This document shows positions 33,700-46,181 of a stretch of DNA of 64,000 bases, piece by piece. The position numbers and the translations under genes were made by a program. The notes beneath the pieces were generated by a model that was not told the DNA's origin, did no database searches, and saw only the letters and a list, made by a program, of their open reading frames with translations. The stretch's first letter is position 1, and the number at the start of each line of letters is the position of its first letter. The DNA comes from Perkinsus chesapeaki ATCC PRA-425 (taxonomy: Eukaryota > Protista > Perkinsozoa): NCBI GenBank assembly GCA_013115145.1, contig JAAPAO010000122.1:5507-69506 (forward strand). Direction: 5' to 3'.

Positions 33700-34701
33700 T
33701 TAGGCAGTCTTGCTGGACTGCAAAAGCTGCTGGCGCTGCTTCTCCTTGGCCCTGTTATCAAGAGTCTCCTGGAAGGCCTTCCACATAACAGAGAAGAACA
33801 TACCCTGGAGGCCGTTGGTGAGGATACGAGTAGCAAGACCACGGCCGAAGAGACCTCTGTAACCGTCCTTGGCGACGATGTCCCTGACAGCCTGGGGATA
33901 GGTGAGGGGCACCTGGGACGTCTGCTTAGTAGTCTTAAGAACTCTGAGAGAGTTGGAAATGCAATCAGAGACGAATGATGAGCAGAAACCGAGGACGGCG
34001 TTACGCACGTATTTGCCATACTTGAAGTTGAACTCGGGCAAATGAGCGTTCAAAGTGTTATGGGTAACGAACCACGGGTAGTGACCAACCCAAGTGGCAG
34101 CCATAGCACCGAGAGTACCGTGCCACAGATTGCTGATACCGTGAGTCTTAACCTTGTTCATAAGAACCTTCATGCCAGCCTCACCCTCGACCTGCTTAGT
34201 GGTCTTCCAGGCATCAATGGGCATAAGGAAGGCACGGAAGCATGCAGCACCGCAAGAAGCGAAAGCGGTCTTAACACCGATAGGCATGTTCTGAGTGGCC
34301 TTAGTGTTATCCAAGAGAGCCAAGACACCAACGTTAGCGGCAGTATCACCGAAACGAGATAAGGGAGCCTGGATAAGGGCAGGAACAAGGCCACGATAGA
34401 AACGGGGGACACCGCCCTCCTGATAAAGCTTCTTGAGGACATCACCGAGCTTACCACCGTAACGGTACTGGTAGTTCATGGTTGTGCGCATCCACATAAG
34501 AGCGAACACATTAACAACCTGGGCAGAAGCACCAGCAATACCACCACGGAAGGCAGCTTGAGTGGCCTTGTGAAGGACATCAGCAGAGGACATCTGCTGA
34601 CGGGCAGCGTTAGAGGCCTGAGCAGGGGCCTTACCGGCGGGAGCAGCCGCAGGGGTAGCGGCCGCAGTTGTGCTTGTCGCAGGGGCGGATGCAGTAGACA
34701 T
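33700..34701 (-). CDS. Mitochondrial carrier family protein (atypical signature motifs), intronless
   Basis: Three-repeat layout; GGVPRFYRGL, MPIDAWKTTKQV, GYRGLFGRGL. Repeats 1 and 3 lack the canonical PxD/ExxK/R (MWMRTTMNYQ; NSLRVLKT). Confidence 0.85.
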   Translation of the reverse strand: MSTASAPATSTTAAATPAAAPAGKAPAQASNAARQQMSSADVLHKATQAAFRGGIAGASAQVVNVFALMWMRTTMNYQYRYGGKLGDVLKKLYQEGGVPRFYRGLVPALIQAPLSRFGDTAANVGVLALLDNTKATQNMPIGVKTAFASCGAACFRAFLMPIDAWKTTKQVEGEAGMKVLMNKVKTHGISNLWHGTLGAMAATWVGHYPWFVTHNTLNAHLPEFNFKYGKYVRNAVLGFCSSFVSDCISNSLRVLKTTKQTSQVPLTYPQAVRDIVAKDGYRGLFGRGLATRILTNGLQGMFFSVMWKAFQETLDNRAKEKQRQQLLQSSKTA

Positions 34702-35518
34702 AATTTCTAAGAGAGAAAAATGTAGCTTCTGAGAATGGATTGCAACTTCGGAACGAGTGATAAAATTGTTCCCGATGAAAATCCAGGCCTAGGGAAGAAC
34801 CCAGATATCTCGGCACACTAGGCGGTTAACACGAACCCAGAACAACTACCATGTGCTCTGTCAAGGGAGCATCTAGAACGAAAGGAGAAACCCTACTTAA
34901 GCTAACCGCCTCCCGAAGCTTCGGCCTAATCCCTGACGATGTCGCTTGATCCAAGACTCACTACTACCGTAATCTCGATAAAGGCAACGCAGGCATGCTT
35001 ATCGGCGCACCCGCAAAGATTCACAATAACGAATCACCATCACCAAAGCTCGTGCCGAGCTAGTAAAGGGATCTGCCCAAGCGGCAACGCAAAAGGGTAA
35101 ATAGCGCGCGCCCAGAAAGCTGCGGACAAAGTGCACATTTGTGGTCGGGAGTGTCACACACAACAGTCACAGTTGCGCGAGAGCAGCTGGTTGAGGAGGG
35201 AATTTCCCATGTCCTATTAGTCCGTGGAGAGCCTGTGGCGAATCAGATTCGCGGCTGACGGCCTATTCGCGTGGAAGCAGGAAGCTTCAGGTAGATTGAG
35301 GACGATCCTGCAGTGCCTTCCATGACACAACGGGCTGTCCCTTGGAGTGCTCGAGTTTGTCAGCACCTGAAATTTCATCATCCTGCTGAATAGGAACGTA
35401 TCGAGCTCGTCCCTTGGTACTTTTCATCATTAGTATAGGTTGGGGGAGGCGTTGAAGTTGTGTGGTTGATTGGAAGTCTTGAAACTGACCTGTGCAGTGT
35501 TCTTTTCCTGGCAACACC

Positions 35519-37159
35519 ATGCCAGTACATCAGTCGGAGATATTGCTTGATGAGGACGCGGTTGCAGAGTCGCCTAAGAAGTCGTATCAGACTTTGCGAT
35601 CTCGCATTAAGCGGATAGTCCTTTGGCACAACGAAGAGTGGAAGGGTATGCGACTCCCAGGAGCTGCACTTTTCTTCTTCAAATTCTTCTTCCTCGGTTT
35701 TGCCATTGCTCCTCCTGATGTTTCTCGTGATGCCTGGTGGGGTGTTACCTTGACTGCTTGTACCTGCATGGGCTCCGCGATGCTGCCCTTACCCCTTCCA
35801 GCGTTCTGTGTCTTCGTCTTGGCTCTTGCCGGTCTCTCTGGTGGTATGACATCTGAAGAGATTGTCTCTGGTTTTGGTAGTCCAGATTTATGGTTCAACA
35901 TGTTCAGTTTTATGACAATGAGGGCCTTCACCGTAACAGGCTTGGGCAAAAGGCTCGGCCTTACTGTCTATAAATATTTAGGATTCAATGTTCTACTGGT
36001 AGCCTATGTCATATGCATTATAGAGCTCATCCTATCATTGTTTATAACCTCTCCTGCAGTCCGAGGTGTTGGTCTGATAATGCCTGTATTAGTACCTTTG
36101 CTCGAGCACGGTTTTAAGTCCCTTCCTGAAGAAGGCACCGAACGTGAAGTTGGTAGTTACCTAGTGCTGGTAGAGATAACGGCCAATGCATTCGTCAGTG
36201 CATGCTGGTTTACTGGCTACAACGATGTTAATGACTACATTGCATCTTATTTGAATGACAACGGCATAAATGCGGACTTCAACTTCTGGGCTACACAAGT
36301 GTCTATACCTGTCATCTTCGCTGTATTATTAGTGCCATTGATGGTTTACTTATTGCACCGTCCAAAGTACGTCCGTAATCCCAAAGCCCACCAGGACGCT
36401 TGCAAACGCCTCAGACAGCTAGGAAATGTGTCATGTCCCGAGGTACGTACAAAAACGATGCAATTGCGGCCTTAAGTTTTGCTTTAGGTAATCGTTGCAG
36501 TGGTTTACGTTGCCACTTTGGCCTTGTGGATTGCTGCCTCGATGTCTCCTGGCTTTTATATCAGCGATATGGTCATTGCTGCAATTGGTAAGAGGAAGCG
36601 CCGCGTGCATTTTTCTGAAACGTTCACACTTTCAGGTATTGCAGCTTTGCTAGCAGTTGGCATAATAGACTCAGATTCGGCGATACTCGACGATAAGCGC
36701 CCTTTCAGGATGCTCATTTATTATGGTACACTCCTATCGGTTATTCAGAACTGTGTGTCCAAAGGCTACTGGTCCTACCCCTTCGCTCGGAAGTACGTCG
36801 TAGAGTGGTTGGATGGCCTACCGGTCGGCAGCTCCTTGTTACTTGGAACATTTGTTATGTACTTCACCTCTTATCTGTATACTTCCCCCTTAGCTCATGC
36901 TAAGGACTTCTATCCGCCTATCTTCGAGTCTATGATGCTAAACAGTGTTCCTTCTCATCTTGGTTCCAGCGCAATCTCGTATGTTACCATGGCGAGGAAC
37001 CTTTCTCCGTACACTTCTCCGACTAACCCAGCTTACTACGCTCTTGAATACGTCACAGCTCGGCAATGGTGGTTTTGTGGTGTCGCATCATTAGCACTCA
37101 ACTATCTATTCTTAATCTCTGTGGGGTTCCTATGGTGGCTTATTCTAGGTGATTGGTGA
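35519..37159 (+). CDS. DASS/SLC13-family di/tricarboxylate transporter, DiT/CitT-like (one intron, 36443-36487)
   Basis: SGFGSPDLW, TGLGKRLG, GLIMPVL, EREVGSYL, LSPYTSPTNPAYYALEYVTARQWW and a terminal WW. A 45-nt GT-AG intron joins the two ORFs in frame (531 aa). Confidence 0.85.
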
Positions 37160-37937
37160 ATAATCCCCACTCTTGATTAACGCATCAGCGTGTGTTCGTT
37201 ATTTGTATGTAGCTTATTTGATTCGCAAAGTTTCATTTGTGGAGTTTCTAGCTTGTTACTACAAGTTATCGAATGTGTCTTGCAAGTTAATGTTATTTTG
37301 TTCGTGTGGGCCTTGCGTGAGCACAGCAGACTGAAGAAGCAGCAAGTTATCGTACTTGCGAATAGAAGAGTAGTAATCTAGTTGTCGTATCGCTTGCGGG
37401 CCGTAGTAAACAAATACTCCTTCAACCAAGCGGAACGAGCGCATGATTACTACATAACTTCCGAACCCATGATTGTCATTCTGGGGAACCTAAGACACAA
37501 CCCAGCCCACTAAGTGACTTGATCCTGCTAGCAAGCAAAAAACCTATTATAAAAACCAAGTGGGATCCCCTTATACGTGTATATATACATGTTAAATATG
37601 TTCCCAGCGCTTGGGTCCGACCAGCGAGAGAAAACCTCGTTGGTGAAAGGCGTTGTGTTTACCCAGTGTTTTCATACCTCTATGGCGGGGTTGGACATGA
37701 TTCGGAGAAACACTCGGAAGAACACCACATTACACGTATCGTGTATTATATGTTGTCTTGTATCATATGGTTGATCGATTTACATATTCTTCCTTGCTGT
37801 GTCTTCTAGTACTATGCTACAAAATTTTATGGTCGTACACTCAATAGCAGACGAGAAATCGTTAAAAAACGAAATATTCTATTTCATTGGGGAGGGCTGT
37901 ATTATGTTTCATATTTTTCACAAGTGAGTTGGCTGAC

Positions 37938-37972
37938 AGGACGCTCTTTTGCTGCCAGCAAAAGAGCGTCCT
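37938..37972. repeat. Perfect 17-bp inverted repeat with a 1-nt spacer, followed by a near-direct repeat
   Basis: AGGACGCTCTTTTGCTG-C-CAGCAAAAGAGCGTCCT; CTCTTTTG(C/T)TGCCAGCAAA recurs at ~37971-37989. Confidence 0.9.
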
Positions 37973-38859
37973 CTTTTGTTGCCAGCAAATCTATAAATAT
38001 TAAATATCCACCGTACAATAACTGAGAAGCCAACTGCTAAAAGCTAATTGTCCGGAGCATCATCCAAAGTATGCGAATCGCTATGTAACTCTTTTCTCAG
38101 AAGAAGTTTGTACCTCATATCAAAACATCGCTCAGATTGGCTACCTGGACCCTTCACTTTCACTGATCATCGCAAGTAATGCGGAACTATGAACGGAAAC
38201 TGTACGACTGGCCAGTGGGTGCCATGCGGGGTCACAAACTCCGCTGTGGGAAACATTAAAGGCTTTATTGTGAGTGATACGCTCACGTGATAGTACGGTA
38301 GAGCGGACGAAGTCATCCTTCAACGATAGGTTCGGCTCAACTGACTATGCAGTTGTGCTGAAAGGCCGTGAAAGATACGCAGAGTCTAATAATCATTAAG
38401 GCGGACTCATTTATATTCCGGCCTAGCTCTCTTCATTAGAGTATTCCACCACGAATCAAGAGATTGCGTGCCGAATGCAGCGAGTAGGTAATAGATATTG
38501 CAATATTACATCGGCAGCGAAACTCGGCCGCCCGGCTCCTTGCGTCCAGGGAGCGCCGCTCCATGGGGTTGTCGATGGGGCCAACTGTCTGGTCCCTTGT
38601 CCGGAGTAGGCCAACCAGGGGCTTTACGCAATGGCACTGGAGCAATGCGAGGTACGGTTCATAAGCTGCAAAAATTCACGCACGAACACTGAGTAACCAA
38701 ACGTTCACAACTGTCACTAGTTTCACGGCAAAACCCTAATACAAACAAACGAACAAGAGGTGCCCGCTGGAGCTCACACGCGTGCTAGGGTAACTCAACA
38801 CGTGGCCAACGTGTTCTTTGTGCCACGAAGTTTGTAGAGCCGTGCCGTTCACCGCCTTC

Positions 38860-41120
38860 ATGTCCATAATCGCCTTCTTTGTCTGGCATGTTGTCAATGC
38901 TGGTATGGGGTACTCCCACAGGTATGATTTGAGAGCTGACGACTTGTAAGCATCAGCAAGCGATACCTGAGTCCGGTGTTACGTAACTAACCTCGTGCAT
39001 GTGCCTAATGAGAGACCACAAGAGGAATTCACAACACTGCAAGCATTGCGAATCCCTATCATCTCAGGTATTCCAGTACAAATGTGACACGAAGAAAGCT
39101 GAGAGACTTCGAGATCGGTGTTTTCCCTGGCCAAGCTGTCGATCATGATCTAGGTGAGTGCAGTGTTGTCTCTGATGAGGCTAGATTTCAACCATTTCAG
39201 GTCCAGAGAAGGGGACATTCTCTCAAACATACCTTATTAACAAGGACTATTTCGATGATAATAAACCGGTAGTCCCTCTTCATTCAGAAACAGCCTCTAG
39301 CCTAGCCTTTCTAGTGGAGGTGCGGCATTACCGTTGTACTACTCAGTTACTTTTCATCTACATCGCCGATGACATAAGCAGCGATGTCGTCGGTTATGAA
39401 GTAACCATACCTGCTCAGACTCTCAAGGCTGCTATGGTAGCCCTAGAGCATAGGTAGAGCGCTGAATAGCTGGTATAGCGGTCATTTTATACTTTTACCG
39501 TTGTAAACGTCCATAATATGTACTCCGTGTGACGGGTGTCTCAAAACGATTGGTGAACTCCCTCCGCCTCGTAGGTACTTCGGCGACAGTAAACCAACAT
39601 CAGACGTCTCGGCAACGAGACTGAAGAAGCTGCTCACTATACCTCAAACATTAGAGGATATTAGAAGTTCTGCCTCTTATATAACCGGAGTTCTGAGTCC
39701 GGCTACCCCGATGAAAATAGTTCTATTTGGGAGCAGTTACACAGGCGTAAGTTAATAGAGAAGAAATGCATGCTAGCACCTGATTTCAGTCGTTGGCTTC
39801 CTGGGCTCGACAGCTGTACCCTGACTTGTTCATCGGAGCCGTAGCTTCCGCCTCTCCTTTTGATATCAAAGTCGCATATGATCCGTGAGTGAAAGTTTGA
39901 CTGTCAAACTATCCGATGAACAAATGTTGATTTGCGTGGCCTATTTTTTCATCTACTCAGCTACGACTCCGTAGCAGCTGACGATTTCTCCAATCCAGAG
40001 CTAGGTGGGAGCCCACAGTGCTTGGCAGAAGTGTGTTCTACATGTATACAAGGAGGTAGCCCATAACATAGGTAACTAAAGCCCATGCGGCTTTTGCCGA
40101 CATCTTGGGGACACCCGGAGGACGTCGTATGCTCGAGCAGAAGTTCCATATATGCCGTGGGACTCTCGACAATCGAGGCAACCAGCTCCTTGCGTGAGCC
40201 TACGAGATGACTTTGCATCAAAATCACTGTTACTTCTTCCCTCAGTACTCAAGGCTCAACCCTACTCGACTTCGATTTACAAAGCAACGACCCCTCCTGC
40301 TCCAAGGATTATTGCAACATAGCGAGGATATGCAGGAGATTCACCACTGGGCAGTGAGCTCTGTCAAGAACAGCTCAATAAGTGTGTACAGTAGCTTTCT
40401 GTGCAGGGAAGCAGCTCTCGATAAGCTCGCTGCCGTCTATAATACGAATTATCCCATCCCATCTACGAAGTGCCATGACTATGATTGGAGCCAAGAACTG
40501 CGGGAGTAAGAATGCTCTCAAGCGGTTCATTCGACTGGAACCCCCAGATTGTATCTATGTAGGCTCGAGGACTCCCGGAATAGCGGAGCACGCAGGTTGC
40601 GGGCTCTTATCGGATGCAATGGCCGGGGACTCTTCGTAACTTGTGACGAGTCAAACAGATGCCCTTTCATGAGATCTACAGACAGACTATCTCACCGGCT
40701 CGAGCGATGCGACCGTGGATTCGGAATCTCGGAGGAAGAGGTCAACACAGTGGGGCAAAGACCTACAACTGAGTCTGTGGCAGGTCCGACAGAAGGTCAC
40801 TGAGGTATATCGCAAGTACGGTGGAAAAGGGCTACATAATACGACTAATGTCATATCTATCAACGGCAATGCCGATCCGTGGTACCCGGTTTCAATAACA
40901 CAGAAACAACCTGGAGTTGATGTCCTGATGGTATGAGACTCAAAACTTTCGTCAAATAATAGTATTGTTTTCTCAGGTAGAAGGAGCTTCTCATTGTTAT
41001 TGGTCCCTCCACGAAAACGCGTAAGTATCCGGGTTGTGCTATCAGTGTGATCGAAGGTAAAAGCTTCCGGTAAAATTCAGCGGCTGAATTTCAGCCTAGT
41101 GGTAAGTATTCTGACTATGT
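38860..41120 (+). CDS. Secreted serine peptidase, family S28 (multi-exon; intactness not verified, 3' end approximate)
   Basis: Signal peptide; TFSQTYLINKDYF; YFGDSKPTSD...LTIPQTLEDI; LFGSSYTG (nucleophile elbow); GAVASASP; NGNADPW (Asp); GASHC (His). Confidence 0.8.
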
Positions 41121-43099
41121 GATAAGCCACAATGGATATGAAGCCTCTCGCCTCCGTTTCACGGGTACTTCCACGGAGTCTCTAGAGGTTCGTGTTGAAC
41201 GAGGGTCCAGTTCCTGAAGCCCGCAATTCTAACTTGAATCAAAACACCTGTTACCGGCTTATTTTCTTCGTGGGACCATTTGTAATTCATTATCTTGTTC
41301 TTCCCAGAGACGTTACAAAGTTCGTGAAAAGAGCAATAACAAGGTGGTTGGGGCGCAAGCAGTATTGACTTCAGTGAGCACGTCCTTGTTGGTTTCAATA
41401 TTGGTCATCAAATATTTACTTTATGGCTTTCGACCTCTCCTCATCAAGGTCCGCCATTTACTTACCATTTTTTCATAACCTTTCAGAGTCAGCAGCAGTA
41501 TACTATTTAGCACTGTAGGAATCGTTGCTACAGTATGGTAGACCGCTGGCTCTCGATCGTAAGTTTTCTATTCGGAACCTCGCAGCCGTGGCGTTCCAAA
41601 TCGATTTTACGAAGCGTTGTGATATTTGCGTGCCTCCCAGAGTTCTCAATCAAGGTCCGGCGAGTAGACGAACGCGTAGCCAGTTCATGCCTGAGGCCTA
41701 TCATATATCCTGAAGTTGTGGATCAGAATCAGTCAACCCCATTGTCACAACAAGCCCAAAGGAAGTTATAACAATATAGCGCCGGCAATGAACATACTTT
41801 ACTGAATGTAGATGCGTCTGTCAACTGTCGTCGAGCAAAGCCGCTCCTCAAAAGATGTTAACGAGTGTATACGTATCTCCTAGAGTTACTGCCTACCAGT
41901 CCCATACCACGGGTTTACTCGATATTCTGTGAGTGGCGGTTATTTCTTCCCAGTGGTCTGTTCGTCACTCTCGTCAACTTGAAAATGCCAGCTAACGTTA
42001 TCTTCAATCGCGCTATAACTAACACTCAAAGCAAGGTGGTTTACATGGATATCAGATTATGAGCATCGCAGCACTGGCAATTAGCTGCATCCACAGTATC
42101 AGTACGACTTATCGAGGGAAGTGCAAGTTAAAGCATTCGTAGTGGGAGATGTCACAAATGCCACTGTCGTCTGAGTACGTAGAAAGATTACCATTGCGAA
42201 ACGAGTCGATATAGTTCGTTTATTTCAAGAGAGCCGGTGATAATCTCGAGCTGAAAAATACCACGAAAATGAAGCAGAGTGGTTGAGACTGCCCAAGTCA
42301 TAAGGGTATTGTCTCATTCAAATACAGATCATCAGCCAGAGAACAGATATAAGCAACAGACAAATAACGAATGTGGCACAACTGTCGAATAACAACAAGT
42401 CGAATAACAATAAAAATATGTTCGCATGCAGGATATGTTCGACGAAAGAGACCGATGAATATCGACTTGGAGAACATCAGATTAGCTTTGACCATAGCAT
42501 AGAAGTGAGTAGCAACCTAGATAATCATAGTAGCAGTAGTGAGTTCTTCGCATACCAGAGCTTGGCAACTGAGCTGTTCGACCAGGACGGAAAGACTATT
42601 TAAACCTCATTGGCTCGCTCTTACAATATGATGGCGACTTTTATATTTCATAATTAGTAAAAGCATTGGCAGAGGACCGAATTAGGGCGAGCAGTTGTGA
42701 TACCGCGGTATGATCGAAGTTCGATTAGGGCAAATGCATCGTCTCCGCCGCTGCTACTCCGTAGAGAGGAATATGATAATGGTGACATGCCGAGCGGTTC
42801 TCTGCGTTCATCTTAATTTCTTGGACTAATGCATATGTTACTACTGAGGCGTCATTCGAGGTTGATCGACTTTGCGATACCTGATGCGGTCGTTCCCATC
42901 CGAAATGCCCCACAAGTAGTGACAAGTAACACATATATGTGGTCTGATGACTATAACTAGTGTAGTTTCATAGTAATGAGATCAAGACATTAGAGCATCC
43001 ACAAAAATATATCGATTGAGTAATAGGAAAGTCGACTCATAGAGGTCGAAACAAAATAGAGGGTTAATACTGTCGTTACCTCAGCAAAATAATTATCAA

Positions 43100-43912
43100 T
43101 CACTACTCAATCCAAGGATGCGAGTGACAGCTGGTGGAGTAACCCGCTCGTCAGGCTCGATGAACAATACTTCGGGGCTGAAGGTCACTAAGGCGAGGAA
43201 TGGTGCGAACGGGCTAACTGGTGAGGGTCTCACCCGTGGCCTTTCGCTGGATACTTGGTCGAGCGGTCTGGACGTGCGCAGGGGTAAATATAGATTTAAG
43301 AGAGGATCGACTCCTCAAGCTGGGAGTACCAGCAGTTGTGCCTAACATAGCATATGAGACATCCGGAAGATCTTTGAAGCCGTTATACTAGACTCGAAGT
43401 CAGAGCTATCAGCCATCTTAGTGAAGCTCTGTAGTAAACCCATAACAGGCAGCCGAGGTTTAGCCAATGTGGCCGAATACGCAGCACAGCATGATGTCAC
43501 CACAGCCTCTACCTGTAAAAACAAGCTGAACTGTATAAACAAGTAGCAGCAAGAACTGACGTCACAGACGGTAAACTGAGATGCAGAGGTTCTTTGAGCC
43601 AACAGGCCTGTACCGGAGCCGATTCTCTGCACACATGCAGCTACTTCTTTATAAAGCGGTCTGAACAGGATGTGAAGTAGCCACAAGATGATCAACCGAC
43701 CTCAAGATATGTATATCCTTCGAAGAAGAGGTCACCAACATATGCGGCAGAACCTTGCCGTAGAAGCTCTCGTATCGAGGGTAAACCTCCACGTCTCCCT
43801 GGGAAATGCAAATCACAACGGTATCCTGCGGCTCCCACCTGTTCAGAGTGACTAGCGAATCGTAGCTCGGAATCGATGTAGCGGTAACTGCAGGGAGACT
43901 GGGACTTGCCAT
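43100..43912 (-). CDS. Hypothetical protein (multi-exon, 3' end approximate)
   Basis: ATG-initiated ORF MASPSLPAV... with further spliceable coding-like segments; no recognisable motif. Confidence 0.4.
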
Positions 43913-44134
43913 CGGGGAGCTTACGCTAATTCAGCCCGTCTTCGCGGGCTGTCTTTTCGATTGTCACAGTCTAGAGCAGCGAGAACTTGCAGCACTAGCT
44001 TGGAAGTGCGCGGAAGTCCTAACGCATAAATAAAAGTCCAGAGCCAGTAGTACGAGCGAGGAAGAGCCTACCCATATAGTAACGAGATTCTAATACTTCC
44101 CTAGCGGCCTCACCGCACGCTAGTGCTTCGTCCT

Positions 44135-45733
44135 TCAACCTATCATTGCTCGTCGTATCGGTACCGTGCCCGCGTGGTAAAGGCTGTAGAGGTTCGATTG
44201 ACGTCTAGGAGTGAGAGGAACGATACAGCGCGACTGGCCTAGGCTAACGCATCCCACCAGTCGATCATCTTCACAGCACTGTCCTAGTAGCCACGGGTGA
44301 CGACGGGCCTGTTCGGCTGTCATGCGTTTGCTCGGGTCAGCATTGAGGAGACTCAGAATGAAAGAGGCGAATACGGGGCAATAGCATGCGGATGCACTGG
44401 TAGTCTCGGCGATGCCGCACCTGGAAAAACAAAGCGCAATAACTCCAACCGTAAGCAGGCAACTCACTCATTGTTACAACCATCACCATTCGAGCTTCGA
44501 CTGTTGGCTGGAATATCTCCCGGACAGGTGAGAATTGTCGGATCGGCCTTCAGCAAGAGTTCGAGGGTTCTGCCGTTCATTTCATACGACTTGTGTGATT
44601 CTGTTGAACCCTTCTTTTGTGATAGAATCTTAAAGCAGCTCTTCACGCAAGAATAATAGAAGAGCGACAACCCACATTGTGTACGTTGCGGTGACGAGGA
44701 CCGGTCGTCATCAATAATGCTATTATACCAGCACTCCACATGTCGGACGCGCAGCCTGCATCACCACGGAACACCTCAGGTGCAACATAGGGGTATCTGC
44801 CAAGGGGAAATGCATAAGCCAAGCCTGACCCGCGAAGCTTACGTCCCACAAACTCGGCTCCGGAGCTCGCCATGCGAACGCGTGGCAAAGCCGAAGTCGA
44901 TGAGTTTGAGGCAATTGTTGGAATCGATAATAAAATGCTCAAGCTTGACATCTCTATGCATTATATTCATACGGTGCCTGGGGAAACAATAAAGGGCAAC
45001 GGCATGGGATATTACAAGTAAGCGAGTGCGTCGATGACCTGAGTTAGAACGATACGGGCCTCGCTACGCTTGAGTGAACCTGATGACACGGACCATCTCT
45101 AACAACGATATGATGACTAGCATACGGCGACGTGCGGCTAGCCACTCGCAAAGATCCTTCCCTTGAATGTACTCCATAACCAGCCAGAGCTTCGAGCCAG
45201 TCTCATAAACAGCATGCAGCTTACAAACCGATGGATGGTCAGTTGATAGGAGAACTGATGCCTCATGGGCGGCGAGATTCAGGACGCCTGAGGTGGAAAA
45301 CAGTGGCGAGGGACGCCCCAGTGAATCACCTTTGTCGGCCAGACGGCGCTTATCAAGCTGCTTGATGGCGTATTTCAAGCCGGAAGTGCGGTGATAGCCG
45401 ATCACGACCGAGCCAGAGAATCTAGCCAATATGGAGCTATGAGCAGGGATACTGGCAAAGATCCCCACCCGCTGCCAATGGCACTTTCCAACCTATAGTC
45501 CTGACTGATATGACGATGGATGATCTTGCTACTAATAACCTAAGAATTGAGAATGCAAAATCGGTCTACAGAAAATAGTGCTCTACGGCGGCGAGAATGA
45601 GACAACGATACCAACGGTCATTCTGACCATAAGGAAGCTCGCGGCCGCCCTGAGACCCGTCGGCTACCTTATCTTCAGGGTTAGGGCACTTTACTATATA
45701 CCGAGCTCCACCGCTGCTACTGCTGGCACCCAT
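44135..45733 (-). CDS. CAMK/CDPK-like Ser/Thr protein kinase (start uncertain)
   Basis: Spliced motifs IGSGFSGSV, YAIK, LVMEYIQGKDL, HRDVKLEH, LIDFGF, YVAPEV, DMWSAG, DPSKRMTAEQARRHPWL. Confidence 0.9.
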
Positions 45734-46181
45734 GGGCATTCGGGGCCGAGACTCATGGCTTCGACCAGACCTCGCAGAGGTAGTCGTAGTAGTCCCGGCC
45801 GAGGTTCCAATAGAGCCATAGTGCTTCTTGGGACGGCTTTGACGACGGGACACTGGTGCTGGCTGAAATAGCGACCAACGTAGCTGACCATGAGACTGCC
45901 ACCGATCTTACCGGCTGGCCAGGCCTGTTCTTCTGTACGGTAGGTTTCCGTATGCAACCAAGTACTCCGCAGCTTGTGATGGCATCAATGAGTGCTTCAA
46001 ACATTCTAATGTTGCGGGTTTTTACGAACAAAAATATTTCCTATTGGGAAACACAAAAGCCGTCCCAGCCAACCAGCCAACACAACTTAATCTATTAATC
46101 ATTTCTAAATATAGCTTTATCATGCACTCCCCCTACTTTTATACCTACCAAGGTCCCCTCCCCCGCTGCCACAAATATGCC

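Noticed and set aside
38500-38680. GC-rich intergenic patch as SRP, RNase P or MRP RNA
   Set aside because: Only short hairpins; none of the diagnostic conserved motifs could be found.
41130-42603. Fragmentary ORFs including a C-x2-C-x12-H-x5-H pattern at ~42420-42495
   Set aside because: Frequent stops, no consistent splice path and no credible start; possibly decayed coding sequence, but not supportable.
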